A stretch of DNA of 64,000 nt. It comes from a virus. The stretch spans positions 126,285-190,284 of the IMG/VR virus record IMGVR_UViG_3300025117_000028; one strand, written 5' to 3'. The translations under genes and the position numbers were made by a program. Below the pieces are notes generated by a model. That model ran no database searches. It was not told the DNA's origin and worked only from the letters and a program-made list of their open reading frames with translations. Numbering within the stretch: the first letter of the stretch is position 1; every line of letters begins with the position of its first letter. This document shows, piece after piece, positions 43,601-50,936 of this stretch.

Positions 43601-44474
43601 TCAAGAGCTTCCTGGTCTTTGTCAAGGCCAGGGTATTGACCCTGATCTCCCTGCGGAGATTGACCACCTTCTTCTCGGCTTTGATCATGCCGAGGTCGTC
43701 GTACCAGGCGTTGGCGAACTCCTGGACAGCGATTTCCTTGGCATTGACCAGAGCACTCTTGCTCTCCTCAACGCCAATGGTCAGGGACTTGACCATGGCC
43801 ATGGTCTCCCTGATTTTGGAAGAGATCTTGGGCAAGGTAGTGCCGGAGACCTCCAGGTTGATGGAAGTCATATCCATGACTTCTTTGATCTTGACGGTGT
43901 CGCCGGTTTGCGGATTGCGAACGGTTCGGGCGGCCCTCTTCTTCACCGTCCAGGTACCGAAGCCGGGATTGGTGAACCGCTTTGTCACCTTGGCGAGGTT
44001 AACCTCGCCCCCCCAGGTGAGGGTGGGGAGGGCGGCGACCATCTTCATCACCTTGGTGATCTTCTGGGTGCTCTTGACGCTGCTGATGCGTCGTTGACGC
44101 CTCACCCAGCGGCTCTCTTTCGTGATCTTGGAGGCCGGGATGACCTCCTTGATCACGGTCTTGGAGGCCGGGATGTCGATAACCGCGCCGGTCTGGGGAT
44201 TCCTGCTGCGCCGTCGCATGATCTGGTCTTGGGCCTTAGCCCTCAACCAGATTTCGTTCTCGATATCCTTCCAGGTGTGGCACGCCTTGGTCAACGTTAT
44301 CATGTGGCCACGGCTGACACTTAACCCGTTGAGAGCCGCAATGGCTCTCTTCACCTTGACCCAACTCCGGACCGAGGCCCGGGTGTCGAACAGGACGTCG
44401 CACACTTCGTTGATCACGGTCTTGGTCAGACCGTGATGTTTAAGGGTGTTACTTAAGACTAATTGCTGGTTCAT
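34692..44474 (-). CDS. Giant polyvalent/polyprotein (~3,260 aa): HU-like arms, zincin, DUF1653, PcfJ/GNAT-like modules, CCA-adding nucleotidyltransferase-HD, C-terminal zincin; SEGH-delimited
   Basis: Start MNQQL behind GGAGG; RNPQTG x2; HEIGH 43320-43334; GIYRHFKGNEY; GCCQ..AQAWVW..IDNIE; GGAVID/DWDIE/RRDLTIN/EDPLR/LHDVGKP; MRHCLGSY; HEVGH 35325-35339. Confidence 0.85.
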   Translation of the reverse strand: MNQQLVLSNTLKHHGLTKTVINEVCDVLFDTRASVRSWVKVKRAIAALNGLSVSRGHMITLTKACHTWKDIENEIWLRAKAQDQIMRRRSRNPQTGAVIDIPASKTVIKEVIPASKITKESRWVRRQRRISSVKSTQKITKVMKMVAALPTLTWGGEVNLAKVTKRFTNPGFGTWTVKKRAARTVRNPQTGDTVKIKEVMDMTSINLEVSGTTLPKISSKIRETMAMVKSLTIGVEESKSALVNAKEIAVQEFANAWYDDLGMIKAEKKVVNLRREIRVNTLALTKTRKLLICLRQRKTEVKGLALAFTKARQSWEKAVANLTFAKKVEAKAVAKLQANANRLGRKYNVTFKHSESIDAPARLTGGIAYYRADANVADLLHEIGHILRGSSEVAADAWMNFRAGVSGWTRQGLVVRDLSWKKAEAWYEAHRRNGKYQDAVLASEGHRSLYLVTTDSRQEQVQKRLTFLQRELDFSEDPVVLKAAQSEINMIDAELDMEELDLCSEGHDVIRGGIYRHFKGNEYQVLGFAEGMFGESYVVYMKMYGDYGRWIRPIDMWSDRPEAANGSRRFEYLYKEELNMSAIGIGHHSESEGSITVFEGNGKLLVAPRLQPLTKPSFKSEGHKEDPIPVGNRVNAHRRITMSNFDILWDESFRDLAGINNPWNRVVNAIKSEVPDEEDPDNSEILHEVEEGSEDANEQAIFDAAVREHRGNLTRLNEVLFDEYGVCRDIPRCYPKTRELGAIIGTVRGFKKYIDDDKGRLVVVEYEKEFWLSDLNSFEGGDESVQVKRLNPWQHREAILGAKTNDGRRFYDAVLGFKKHTASELLKVLPWATSKVIQTKLGDSPLGVLWNEKLTGPVFIAMMKIIKESNVSLVREVVDILSIYHVQIKRAWLHRIFSDQEITEIENQGNRVVFDGNKYGYDPDFQERINEMMQNFLEETNSNPLEPWQMLKAIDAEIQFGRCLEVLNSYSRSTQEDYGREFEVWTNVEDDKATYLQRVFVAKAFQLAETAEPTLAKVKVEDAAKFMCQLGLALDPIIDALATDKDAPLGNELAGYLVSALKHGVQSNEKYFRRTLRAVQSFDLPELYNHMKGYRFHKGGLEYVNRAEDGTSLHAKALWDDMYHQMLGSLTTRQLLRWFRARDTMGLYAFVMTDEVLRSIGALALLNDRRWAKYEAALHAVKRTEKQVDLIEDLRNIGVAPQTRCDLFHLFGGEYAVIAENVLIANEKGRSPEPPHGGLTEMSEEEFNALASMASEGHENDIHVFRDVWIVYGSEHIHNRPLRSKGLSKEDIEEIDSPLDTVTPGQQIALVWQKGIVLNPSLELRDYILSEIKRTDEYLCPSETRATVVSAIYSYYIPGLTNGIYTTQNLSSEYIDWLIAEGYNGSNLGCWFNIEKASKIDSPISRRKYLGIAKMLRETFHWATTPLQGEKVLEMSLSFLDDHLVAWQAMQMYSELERIFLAGTLLHAGLPLETLGDISRVEILSIRNLISWGTDGQLPQSVLAYKRALNWRDNPHHVEAYWMNTFGRVPQAKAIIDGIRDRKEIVALKSNWRFFQFGWKSLLEDNQTAIVARMLSKYAKYGKEGVDLFLSRIHDVGVQTMETEVYLLEKKEIFQLYWKFRNCSKLDWLQPLRSWTEDIPIEEYLLLKKEDLQAEICRKGVENSYGKVVPELLPLATEAYQAGVSDFNTLTQYWFNKSPVKSIPWVNVSEGTYTLKTLDVNDPRGPFLGRYTGCCQSYEGFASECAIHGMASKDGCFWVVFNSKRLVAQAWVWVSNRILVIDNIEGASGDPTVYDLFKRAVKSVRADGIGAVYCGLGYNKYSEKLQEEYQVTRLPVSAPVNYTDTAEGVVKLASEGHQDINFDLIVRIEELAYPEFMRSYKAEEFSLEGICEYLECEPSEILAMTEGDSAYLLGSIQGDEAEIADLAKIPGSPSSCVARLITRCMRVLKQNNVKTVTMDCRSTSSPIVKSLVNRMGLTMTEETWDWEGEEMTEITVSMASEGHDEDFGVDLGDVEVLLQDLWSVKAKTLLIGGAVIDRIQGRQIKDWDIEVYGLSMKQLQDYLEEWGYKADMVGAAFGIIKVKVGTTDIDLNVPRLENRCGVGHKGFQVELLPNLTPEEAGKRRDLTINSMYVNLHTGEVVDHFGGMKDLNEGILRATCAETFIEDPLRVLRIMQLLPRKGKKVASETIELCRSMQSEYPTLPKERIFEEFKKLLLKANKPSMGLEFLKDCGWIKWFLALEALIGCQQNPEHHPEGDAWVHTLMVLDNAAILKDQVPEPWKLAYMFGAMLHDVGKPQTTDRETLTAYGHDQVGIPIARQFMESMTNEVDLINKVELIVGNHMMPGQFHQSGAGVAAWRRLHNRIRLDVIGLMSKADSCGRKGYSLNDPHIPSQMAFGYFESFGEGKIEPILMGRHLVSRGYKQGKEMGLILKRAYEHQIETGETDVNKLFNAGISLNSEGHQISKIIEQLNKHGLFIGDEHPNTPTPPEQANVKYWALCMYTHLRNTRYYWFPICEGQKESCLEDQVKALTDKDIPLYKILVLLEKDIYVDLTTSNLEQKDFFGHWRHKDLGHNPMVRNKNSYYIGMKKDKEKGRLPKDFPLIRTFHIKWAASILNSFSPLSFKELLQVSCRTQKPFKDCYVAMWDLDYPTDLLKVPAGYARWLIDTVALRDSLYASNKMPFGKHAPKNIEKLRFLPIPSIDIPSEALNSRHDYYVWLLTNSTRYYDLSSDYSLLTPREIRATVIGLKVISSKTAYKQFCNEVLHVKAIPSMKKMDMLIRFIKDGAQLLNDDIPGTRRYNGSPVRILETAIWNHQRAIENDLSTNIPMPNEVMPCNKTLPPSWEDLRIKTKLDMVKIGSEMRHCLGSYKDSRDLFFRKGTVCAQVSVQTGKVVQCFDMSNRITSASKDFAQQLKKVKKYIVDPNTPQIKDKIDEDEDFLDEDFYSEGHMDSTLDQEIFEAWTEWSRSRNYHGSEGLSPEEILALKQELNKLGENDPITIDMARSLADDYGFRVRINSYLTLCDGAYNPAMRTIDLATDPTKRILFHEVGHHLDRLANHYWRQDFTTDSETPESVGILELIAEMWAVAMCQRYTDESKIYQTALWRNYNVIRHYKVRGKLMVLPPFVNVKPQWDRVKDLLVSAKKQHITVFMAAKILNEMDYNNILKQTSTSTDTEYNAAPSPHPSSRSVTSPRFSFNRSSLAGARSSLSYTYRAETLPIRSVSNPTKKKSSKTQKEKPALARWRSLAEKVKALLGYSSLT
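37104..38465 (-). other. tRNA nucleotidyltransferase (class II CCA-adding type) plus HD domain embedded in the polyprotein
   Basis: LIGGAVID, KDWDIEV, RRDLTINSM, EDPLRVLR, ERIFEEF, HHPEGD.WVHT, LHDVGKP, GHD; flanked exactly by SEGH motifs. Confidence 0.9.
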
Positions 44475-45099
44475 ATTTCCTCCATAAAGAGGGTTGACTT
44501 CTGGCCCCGAACCATTAGGTACCCAGAAGTTTGGGCATCTTGTGCCCGCCGGGGTTATGGACTCCCGGCAGCCTCGTGATTCTGGCTCACGTCGCCCTGT
44601 TTCGGATTCTCCACCGCTCATCATGAGGGAGAAATCCGCAACCACTCCTCCTTGAGTGGAGATATATGAGACGATTTTTTCTTCGGGGTTCGTCTCAAGC
44701 CCCTATTTTTCACCAGGAAGAGGGGGTAAGACCTAAGATGAGTGACTAGACGGTCTCACTCACCCTCCCTTCCCGGTGAAAACGTGGGGTTACTCTCATG
44801 CCTCTCCGGTAGCGCCCCAAAACTTCCGGAGAGAGGGGGGTGGGCATCGAACGCCGATGTTTCTCACCCTCATACTTCACTGGGTACTCCTTCTAAATTA
44901 TTTCCAGATTTATTTTCATATAGGAAAATTACAGATTCTTCCCCTTCTAAATTTATTTCAAACTTTATTTTCCGTAGGAATTTTTCACTCATGGGATCCT
45001 TCTCTAAAAGCATTCCATCCATGTAATTTGAATCTTGCCTCTCTCTATTTTCATTCATTCCCTACACTTGGGAATATCAAAAAATATTTTTCCTGGGTA

Positions 45100-45128
45100 T
45101 TTACTTTATAAGGGCGATTTAGTATAAT
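45100..45128 (+). promoter_or_regulatory. Sigma70-like promoter for the rightward arm
   Basis: TTTACT-17 nt-TATAAT upstream of ORF 45160. Confidence 0.55.
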
Positions 45129-45797
45129 ATTTACAATTGAACAACACTTAAGTAAACATATGACAACAGAACTTGCGAATTCTACAAATCTTGAAGGGAC
45201 AATAACTGCTTCAACTTTTACCAATAGTCCCCTCTGGACAGTATATGAGCATCCTCAGACAACAGCAGCAGAAGGTTATACAATAACTGGAACAACAGAG
45301 GACTATTCCCAAACTTATATAACAGGAGATCTCGTAATAGCTGCAGGCGACACTAACGCGATGAGCGCAGCAAGAATGCAATATATTTATATTGATGGTA
45401 CTAATAGTGGAATCGGTGCAGAAAGATATCCTTTTATTTATCAAGATGTGAATGGCGTCGAAACAGTTAACCTTAGAAGTTTCAATGCTACAAATTACTT
45501 AGCGAGGATGACAGAAAAAGAAACTGAAGTATTACTTGCCACTATGCCTGCAAAAATGCGTATTGCCTATTTTGAGATTAAGAAACATTTAATCGCTGGA
45601 GTATTAGTAGTAGAACGAAAATATACAGATCTTCTCTTTGCTTTACTAGGTTTGATTGGGTTTGTTCAAAACTTCAATAATATTGGTTACGAGAAGCAGC
45701 ACTTGTTTTCTATTGTTACGGGGCTAGTTACTACCGACGAAACATTTGTGAAAACCTTATATAAAATTGCTTTCAATGAAATAGAAGAGGAAATATT

Positions 45798-46250
45798 ATG
45801 ATGTTATATTTATCCATGTCGATGGGAGGTTTTGCTGAACCTCATCCTTTTGTTGAGTTTATTGAATCTGCTTTTCAGAGAGATTGTGCGATTTATAATC
45901 CTCGTTTAACATTAAAAGAAAATTGCACTCGATCTGTGTTGTTTGCTAATGTCATGAAAGATTCTCCTTTTATTGAACAAGAAACTCTCTATCCTAAAGA
46001 TACTAGTCTGATCCAGGAATATCAACAGCATCTTATAGATCTATCAAATGTCTTTATTGTCGAACTAGATAGGATGTCTCAAGGATCTAAATACCTAGAA
46101 ATCGCATATGCTAGGTCTAAAGATATTCCTATCGTTGGGATACTAGATACCATGACTATTACACCTTGGGTTTGGAATTCAGTCGGTTATGTATGTAAAT
46201 TACAAAACGCACCGAAGCTCATTCAACTAATTCTTAATGACATGTTATAA
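45798..46250 (+). CDS. Nucleoside 2-deoxyribosyltransferase-like protein
   Basis: LYLSMSM, YNP, SQGSKYLEIAYA..KDIPIV. Confidence 0.5.
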   Translation: MMLYLSMSMGGFAEPHPFVEFIESAFQRDCAIYNPRLTLKENCTRSVLFANVMKDSPFIEQETLYPKDTSLIQEYQQHLIDLSNVFIVELDRMSQGSKYLEIAYARSKDIPIVGILDTMTITPWVWNSVGYVCKLQNAPKLIQLILNDML

Positions 46251-46273
46251 TAAAAAGAAAAACAGAGGTTTGT

Positions 46274-46636
46274 ATGCGATTTTATGAGTTTTTCCGAGAT
46301 AGAAGAGAACAGATAGAACCTGTATTAAAAGACTTTGCAGAATTAGTGGGGATGGATACTGGTAATCTTTCTAAACTAGAGAGAGGATTAATTGACCCTC
46401 CTAAGTGGCCTAATGTTTTAAATAGACATGCCGAAGCTCTCCAGTTAAGACCTTTAACTCCAGAATGGTATTTATTCTTTGATTTAGCCTATGCAGAAAA
46501 TGGGCGCATACCATCTGATTGTTTATCAGAAGAAATATTTGATTGGTTGCCCACTCTTTTTTGTTTATTCCGTGGTCATAAAGTAGAAGATGAGAAATAT
46601 AAAGAATTCGTAAAATTTCTAGGCCGGAATCAATGA
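46274..46636 (+). CDS. XRE-family HTH regulator
   Basis: LKDFAELVGMDTGNLSKLERGLIDPP. Confidence 0.85.
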   Translation: MRFYEFFRDRREQIEPVLKDFAELVGMDTGNLSKLERGLIDPPKWPNVLNRHAEALQLRPLTPEWYLFFDLAYAENGRIPSDCLSEEIFDWLPTLFCLFRGHKVEDEKYKEFVKFLGRNQ

Positions 46637-47629
46637 AATGGGATTTGAGAATGGCTATCAAGATGGAGATTCTGTAACTCTCAAACTTTTATACGAACAT
46701 CAATATACTCTCTGCAAGTTTAAGACTCTAGAATTCACTGAAGATGATAATATCTGTATTGGGATCGGACGCCCTACCGGAGTTAGTTTTGGGTTTCTCA
46801 CAACAATTATGCCCGAAAAAAATCATTCATCTTATTTAGATGAAACGTATAGTGTTGTAATAGTAAAACAAGTCGGCGAAGACACTCTCTATAAGATTGC
46901 TTCAGAAATTTTAATTTCTGATCCTAATGGAGACCCCATCCGATTAAGAGACTTTACTTCTATCGGAGAAATAATGTTTCTTGGAAAATGTTTTTCTCCT
47001 TGGCTTCCTTATAATTGCGTATCTCCCGTTTGGTCTTGGAACGGTCAAGAAGTTGGGCAAGTGAAAAGTTTAACATTATTATTTAAATCTTTTCAACTTA
47101 ATGCTAAAAGCATCTCTGGGTTTATGACTGTTAAAGATTATAATTTCGGCAATTTTGTCTGTATTGGAGATATAGATATCAAATACTCAATGGATTTTGG
47201 ATATTTGCATTTAGAGAATGTAGTTTTAAGAAAAATAGATACAGATGAACAAATTGTCTATTCTAGACAGATCCAAAAAAATGAAACTTATAATTTTACA
47301 GCTAACCTATTATTGGCAGAAAGTGAATAAATGGAAGATCTACATTATATAGAATATTTAAGAAAAAAGTTAGAAGGACAAACTCCTAAAGACTTATTAG
47401 AAGAATTAATACTAAAACAACCTCATAGTGAAAGATTCAGTACTTTGTACAAGGGAAACAAAAAATGCCAACTTGTAAAAGTAGTATATAATCATTACTC
47501 TATGATGGATATTGGCGCATCTGTATATTTTACGTGGTTAGACGAGAAATATAAAGGATATACCTGTAAAGATCTATTCAAAGAACTAACAAAAGACAGA
47601 GAAGAATATCAAGAATTATATAGGTTATT

Positions 47630-48421
47630 ATGTCAGAATTAAATGAAGAGACTTTTGGAGTAAATGCTTTAGTAACAACTACTGAAGATCCTCATCCTCA
47701 TTCTCCAGAATACTATCAAGCAATAAAAGAAATAGAAGCGGGCAAATATGCCGATATAAGTCTTACTAAAGAAGAAGTAAGAAGAATAAAGGTTTCTATA
47801 GCAAGAATGTCCACAGGAGTATTTGCTTCTTTACCTCTTACTTGTCTAGGCGAAAAATGTCCACATGTATCTGATTGCCCCCTTTATGAGATAAATAAAC
47901 TCCCTATAGGAAGAAAATGCCTCATAGAACTAAACATGATAGAAGACTTCTATAAGAGATATATAATCGAATTTGATATTCAACCAGGAGAATTCGCGCA
48001 ATTATCTTTAATAGATGATTTAGTAACCATAGATATTCTCTTAAAGAGAGCTTATAACTCCTTAGGAAATCCTGATATGCGTCAAGCTCAATTCCGACAT
48101 CTAGGATTAGAAGATCACGAAATTCCCATTAGAGAGTTCCAAGATGGAACTATCATGACAACTATGGAAACAGAGATAGGAAGAACCTATGAATTAGCCA
48201 CTCATCCTTTATTATCTCTTATTGATAAACTGACCAATAAGAAACAAAAGATTTTGAGTAGTCTTGTAGGGACTCCACAAGAAAAGTACAAGCGCGATGC
48301 AGCCTTAAAACAGAAGAAAGATAGTGATGCTTCTAAGAATATGACTGCAATGAGAGAATCACTTAATAAGATATTGGAATCAAAACAAATAGATGCTGTT
48401 TCCTCAACTTATACAGAATAA
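47630..48421 (+). CDS. Possible terminase small subunit with Cys cluster
   Basis: C..C...C..C zinc motif, helical core, HP..(K) motif, position upstream of TerL. Confidence 0.35.
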   Translation: MSELNEETFGVNALVTTTEDPHPHSPEYYQAIKEIEAGKYADISLTKEEVRRIKVSIARMSTGVFASLPLTCLGEKCPHVSDCPLYEINKLPIGRKCLIELNMIEDFYKRYIIEFDIQPGEFAQLSLIDDLVTIDILLKRAYNSLGNPDMRQAQFRHLGLEDHEIPIREFQDGTIMTTMETEIGRTYELATHPLLSLIDKLTNKKQKILSSLVGTPQEKYKRDAALKQKKDSDASKNMTAMRESLNKILESKQIDAVSSTYTE

Positions 48422-49310
48422 GCTCTATCAACATGAGCGGGATCAAAGAGACTATTATCCTATTAGAGCAACCGAAAGATTTGGTGCATCTTCGATTGGA
48501 TATAGTCTTGGAGCTATTCGAGGGCAATTAAGTGGTGGTGGTTCTTATGCTAGTGCGTTTTCACGCCAAGGACAAGGTCAACAGGATGAACCTTTGTCTG
48601 AAGCCGCCTTAGGAACGACACTCCATAGGTTTTATGAAGGTTTATTCCTAAAACAAGGTACTGCTCAAAGTGTCGAAGATTTCTCATATTACTATGAAGG
48701 TGGGATCGTCGGAACTTCAGACTACCAAACTAAAGCAGGTATTTTAGGAGACGTAAAATCTCTTAATGCCGGTAGTATGGAAAATTTGTTTCGGTATGGT
48801 CCTTCTAAGTCAGGTATCGCGCAAACAAATTATTATGCTGGAAGAATGGGATATCCTAATACGCAGCTTATGTATACTTTGCAAGATAATCCTGCCGTTA
48901 GAATTGGCATTAATACTAAGTTCGATCCAGAACTTTATAAAAAATCTGTAGAGAAAGTACAGAGAGCAAGAGAGCAAGTTGAGACAGAGCAAGACCTATA
49001 TGGGGTTAAGAAATATAGTCCCGGTAGAATGTCAGTCAAACAGTTGACAGAAACTTCTAGAGAAGAAACATATACTGCTCAAGCTAATTTAGAAGATCAG
49101 GCGTATCTATATTTTCATCAATTTCAAAATACAAGAATGCAAAGACGATTAAAACAATCTGGTATGCAAATATCACAAGAAGAGTTGGTCGCCAGGCAAG
49201 TTCAAAGTTGGTATAATGAAGAGATAGGGAATACAGCAGGGTTACCAATAGCATTATGGGAAAATCGCAACAAATTCCAACCAAATTCTTCTTTTTCTTT
49301 AAGCGAGTAA
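48393..49310 (+). CDS. PD-(D/E)XK (Cas4/RecB-like) nuclease
   Basis: ASSIG, GTTLH, GTSD, DVKS, QTNYY. Confidence 0.6.
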   Translation: MLFPQLIQNKLYQHERDQRDYYPIRATERFGASSIGYSLGAIRGQLSGGGSYASAFSRQGQGQQDEPLSEAALGTTLHRFYEGLFLKQGTAQSVEDFSYYYEGGIVGTSDYQTKAGILGDVKSLNAGSMENLFRYGPSKSGIAQTNYYAGRMGYPNTQLMYTLQDNPAVRIGINTKFDPELYKKSVEKVQRAREQVETEQDLYGVKKYSPGRMSVKQLTETSREETYTAQANLEDQAYLYFHQFQNTRMQRRLKQSGMQISQEELVARQVQSWYNEEIGNTAGLPIALWENRNKFQPNSSFSLSE

Positions 49311-49311
49311 T

Positions 49312-49938
49312 ATGAGTCAACAGTCAAGATTCGCAAAAGCTATTAGTGACTTCAAGTTAAATATGCAGATAGAAGTTGCTACTGCTGGTCTTCCTATCTT
49401 TGGTGGAGAAAACACTTTAGATAGTGTTAATATGGTTCTTGGTGGTTCTGCCGGTTATTATGCCGCAACAGGAGTCACTACACTTGGTGGAGCCACTATA
49501 GGTCGTGCATTTCCTAAATGGAGTGAGAAAACTCCAGGTTTTAATGGGAAGAGTGCTATGACAAACTTCAAAGAAGGAGTAGAGTCTTTCAAAGAAGTTC
49601 AAGGTCATGGCTTTAAAACTCCTGAAACTTGGAAGGCTATTAGACAAGGATCGAAAAGCTTTGCTAAAGGAGGATTAAGATCTCTTGGTTTTGGTGTTGC
49701 AAAAGCATTTAAATATGGACTACCATTCCTTGGATGGTATGCTGGATATAGTGGGTTGAGCTATGGATTTGATTTAATAAATAAGTCTACTGGTGTTAAA
49801 ATGTCTAAAACCGGTGGTAGTATGGAAACACTAAGAACTCAAGGTGAGTTTATTAGAAATATGCAAAAAAGTCAGGGTCTTTTCGCTATTAACTCTTTGA
49901 TGGGAAGAGAAGCTGAATTTTATCATGGAGGAATGTAA
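49312..49938 (+). CDS. Gly-rich hydrophobic protein (possible virion/ejection protein)
   Basis: Gly/Ala-rich hydrophobic segments; lies in the morphogenesis arm. Confidence 0.35.
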   Translation: MSQQSRFAKAISDFKLNMQIEVATAGLPIFGGENTLDSVNMVLGGSAGYYAATGVTTLGGATIGRAFPKWSEKTPGFNGKSAMTNFKEGVESFKEVQGHGFKTPETWKAIRQGSKSFAKGGLRSLGFGVAKAFKYGLPFLGWYAGYSGLSYGFDLINKSTGVKMSKTGGSMETLRTQGEFIRNMQKSQGLFAINSLMGREAEFYHGGM

Positions 49939-50936
49939 TGGCTTGGTATAATACAGCTTGGAATGCTGCTCAAGAGATCGCAGTAGGTCCAATAGGCAAA
50001 GGTATGGCTATTGGAGCAGGCGTAGGAGCCGTTGGTGGTGCTACCTACTCCTTAGGTAGCGATAGGACATCATTCCTTGGAGGAGCCTTTAAAGGTGCTT
50101 TACTTGGCGCTGGACTAGGGTCTGGTCAAGCTACTAAAGGTATCATGGGTGGCGCTATTGCTGGTGGTATTTATGGTGGTATCAAAGACAACCAAACTAT
50201 CCTAGGTGGGGCTGTCATGGGTGGTGCGATTGGTGGAGGTATCCATGCTGGAGGCACACACTTAGGTTGGTGGAAAAAAAAGGCCGCTGCTGCTGGTACT
50301 CCTGCTGCTGAGTCCTTAGCAAGTAAGAACCAACGAGACATTAATCGGGAAATGGGTTCTGAGGTAATGACATCTACACCAGGAGATGTCGACTATAGAG
50401 GTTTATTTGATGAAGGCCTGCATGGTTTTCTTGCTGACAAAAAGCGTCTTGCTGCCGAGCGTGCTGCTGCGGCTGCCGCTCCCGCTCCTTCTGCAGTCGC
50501 TTCTCCTGCTCCTGTTATTCCAACTGCTTCTAGTGTAGCAAATACAATTCAGGCAATTAAAGAAACTTCTACGGGAGTTTGGGGAGTTGCAGAGAGTCAA
50601 GAACTTATAGATTCGTCAACAAAGAGACTTAAAGATAAATATAGTAGTATGCTCAATAAAACATTACCTCCTGAGTTTGAAACAAGAAAGAATACTATTT
50701 TATCTCATATGCAACAGTCATTTTTGCCGACATATACAGAAGATCAAATAAACAAAGGCGTTGGAGATCTTGAGAGAGATTTATTTGATCTCTTTAAAGA
50801 TGTAAGTGGGTTGAAAGCTGCCAAAGAAGCAACTAAAGTGGCTACAAAGTCATTAAAGGAGGGAAATTTAACAAATAGTCCATCTCTTAAAAAACAGCGT
50901 AAGAATAAACAACCAAAAAAGAATCAACGTAGATGA
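49938..50936 (+). CDS. Glycine-zipper repeat protein
   Basis: Repeated G.A.GA..GG..G units, Ala/Pro linker, basic tail. Confidence 0.45.
   Translation: MAWYNTAWNAAQEIAVGPIGKGMAIGAGVGAVGGATYSLGSDRTSFLGGAFKGALLGAGLGSGQATKGIMGGAIAGGIYGGIKDNQTILGGAVMGGAIGGGIHAGGTHLGWWKKKAAAAGTPAAESLASKNQRDINREMGSEVMTSTPGDVDYRGLFDEGLHGFLADKKRLAAERAAAAAAPAPSAVASPAPVIPTASSVANTIQAIKETSTGVWGVAESQELIDSSTKRLKDKYSSMLNKTLPPEFETRKNTILSHMQQSFLPTYTEDQINKGVGDLERDLFDLFKDVSGLKAAKEATKVATKSLKEGNLTNSPSLKKQRKNKQPKKNQRR

Noticed and set aside
37428-44436. Long plus-strand ORFs (e.g. 43089-44324, 40641-41387, 38724-39452)
   Set aside because: Antisense shadows of the GC-rich polyprotein; no motifs or RBS.
34692-44474. SEGH as intein junctions or a DNA repeat
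   Set aside because: No C/S...HN splice motifs around the segments, and synonymous codons differ between copies.
44475-44645. N-terminal 57 aa of the 3317-aa ORF call
   Set aside because: A well-spaced GGAGG RBS precedes ATG 44474; the upstream part looks like a structured leader.
48393-49310. CRISPR-Cas locus
   Set aside because: Solo Cas4-like nuclease; no repeat-spacer array or other cas genes in the window.
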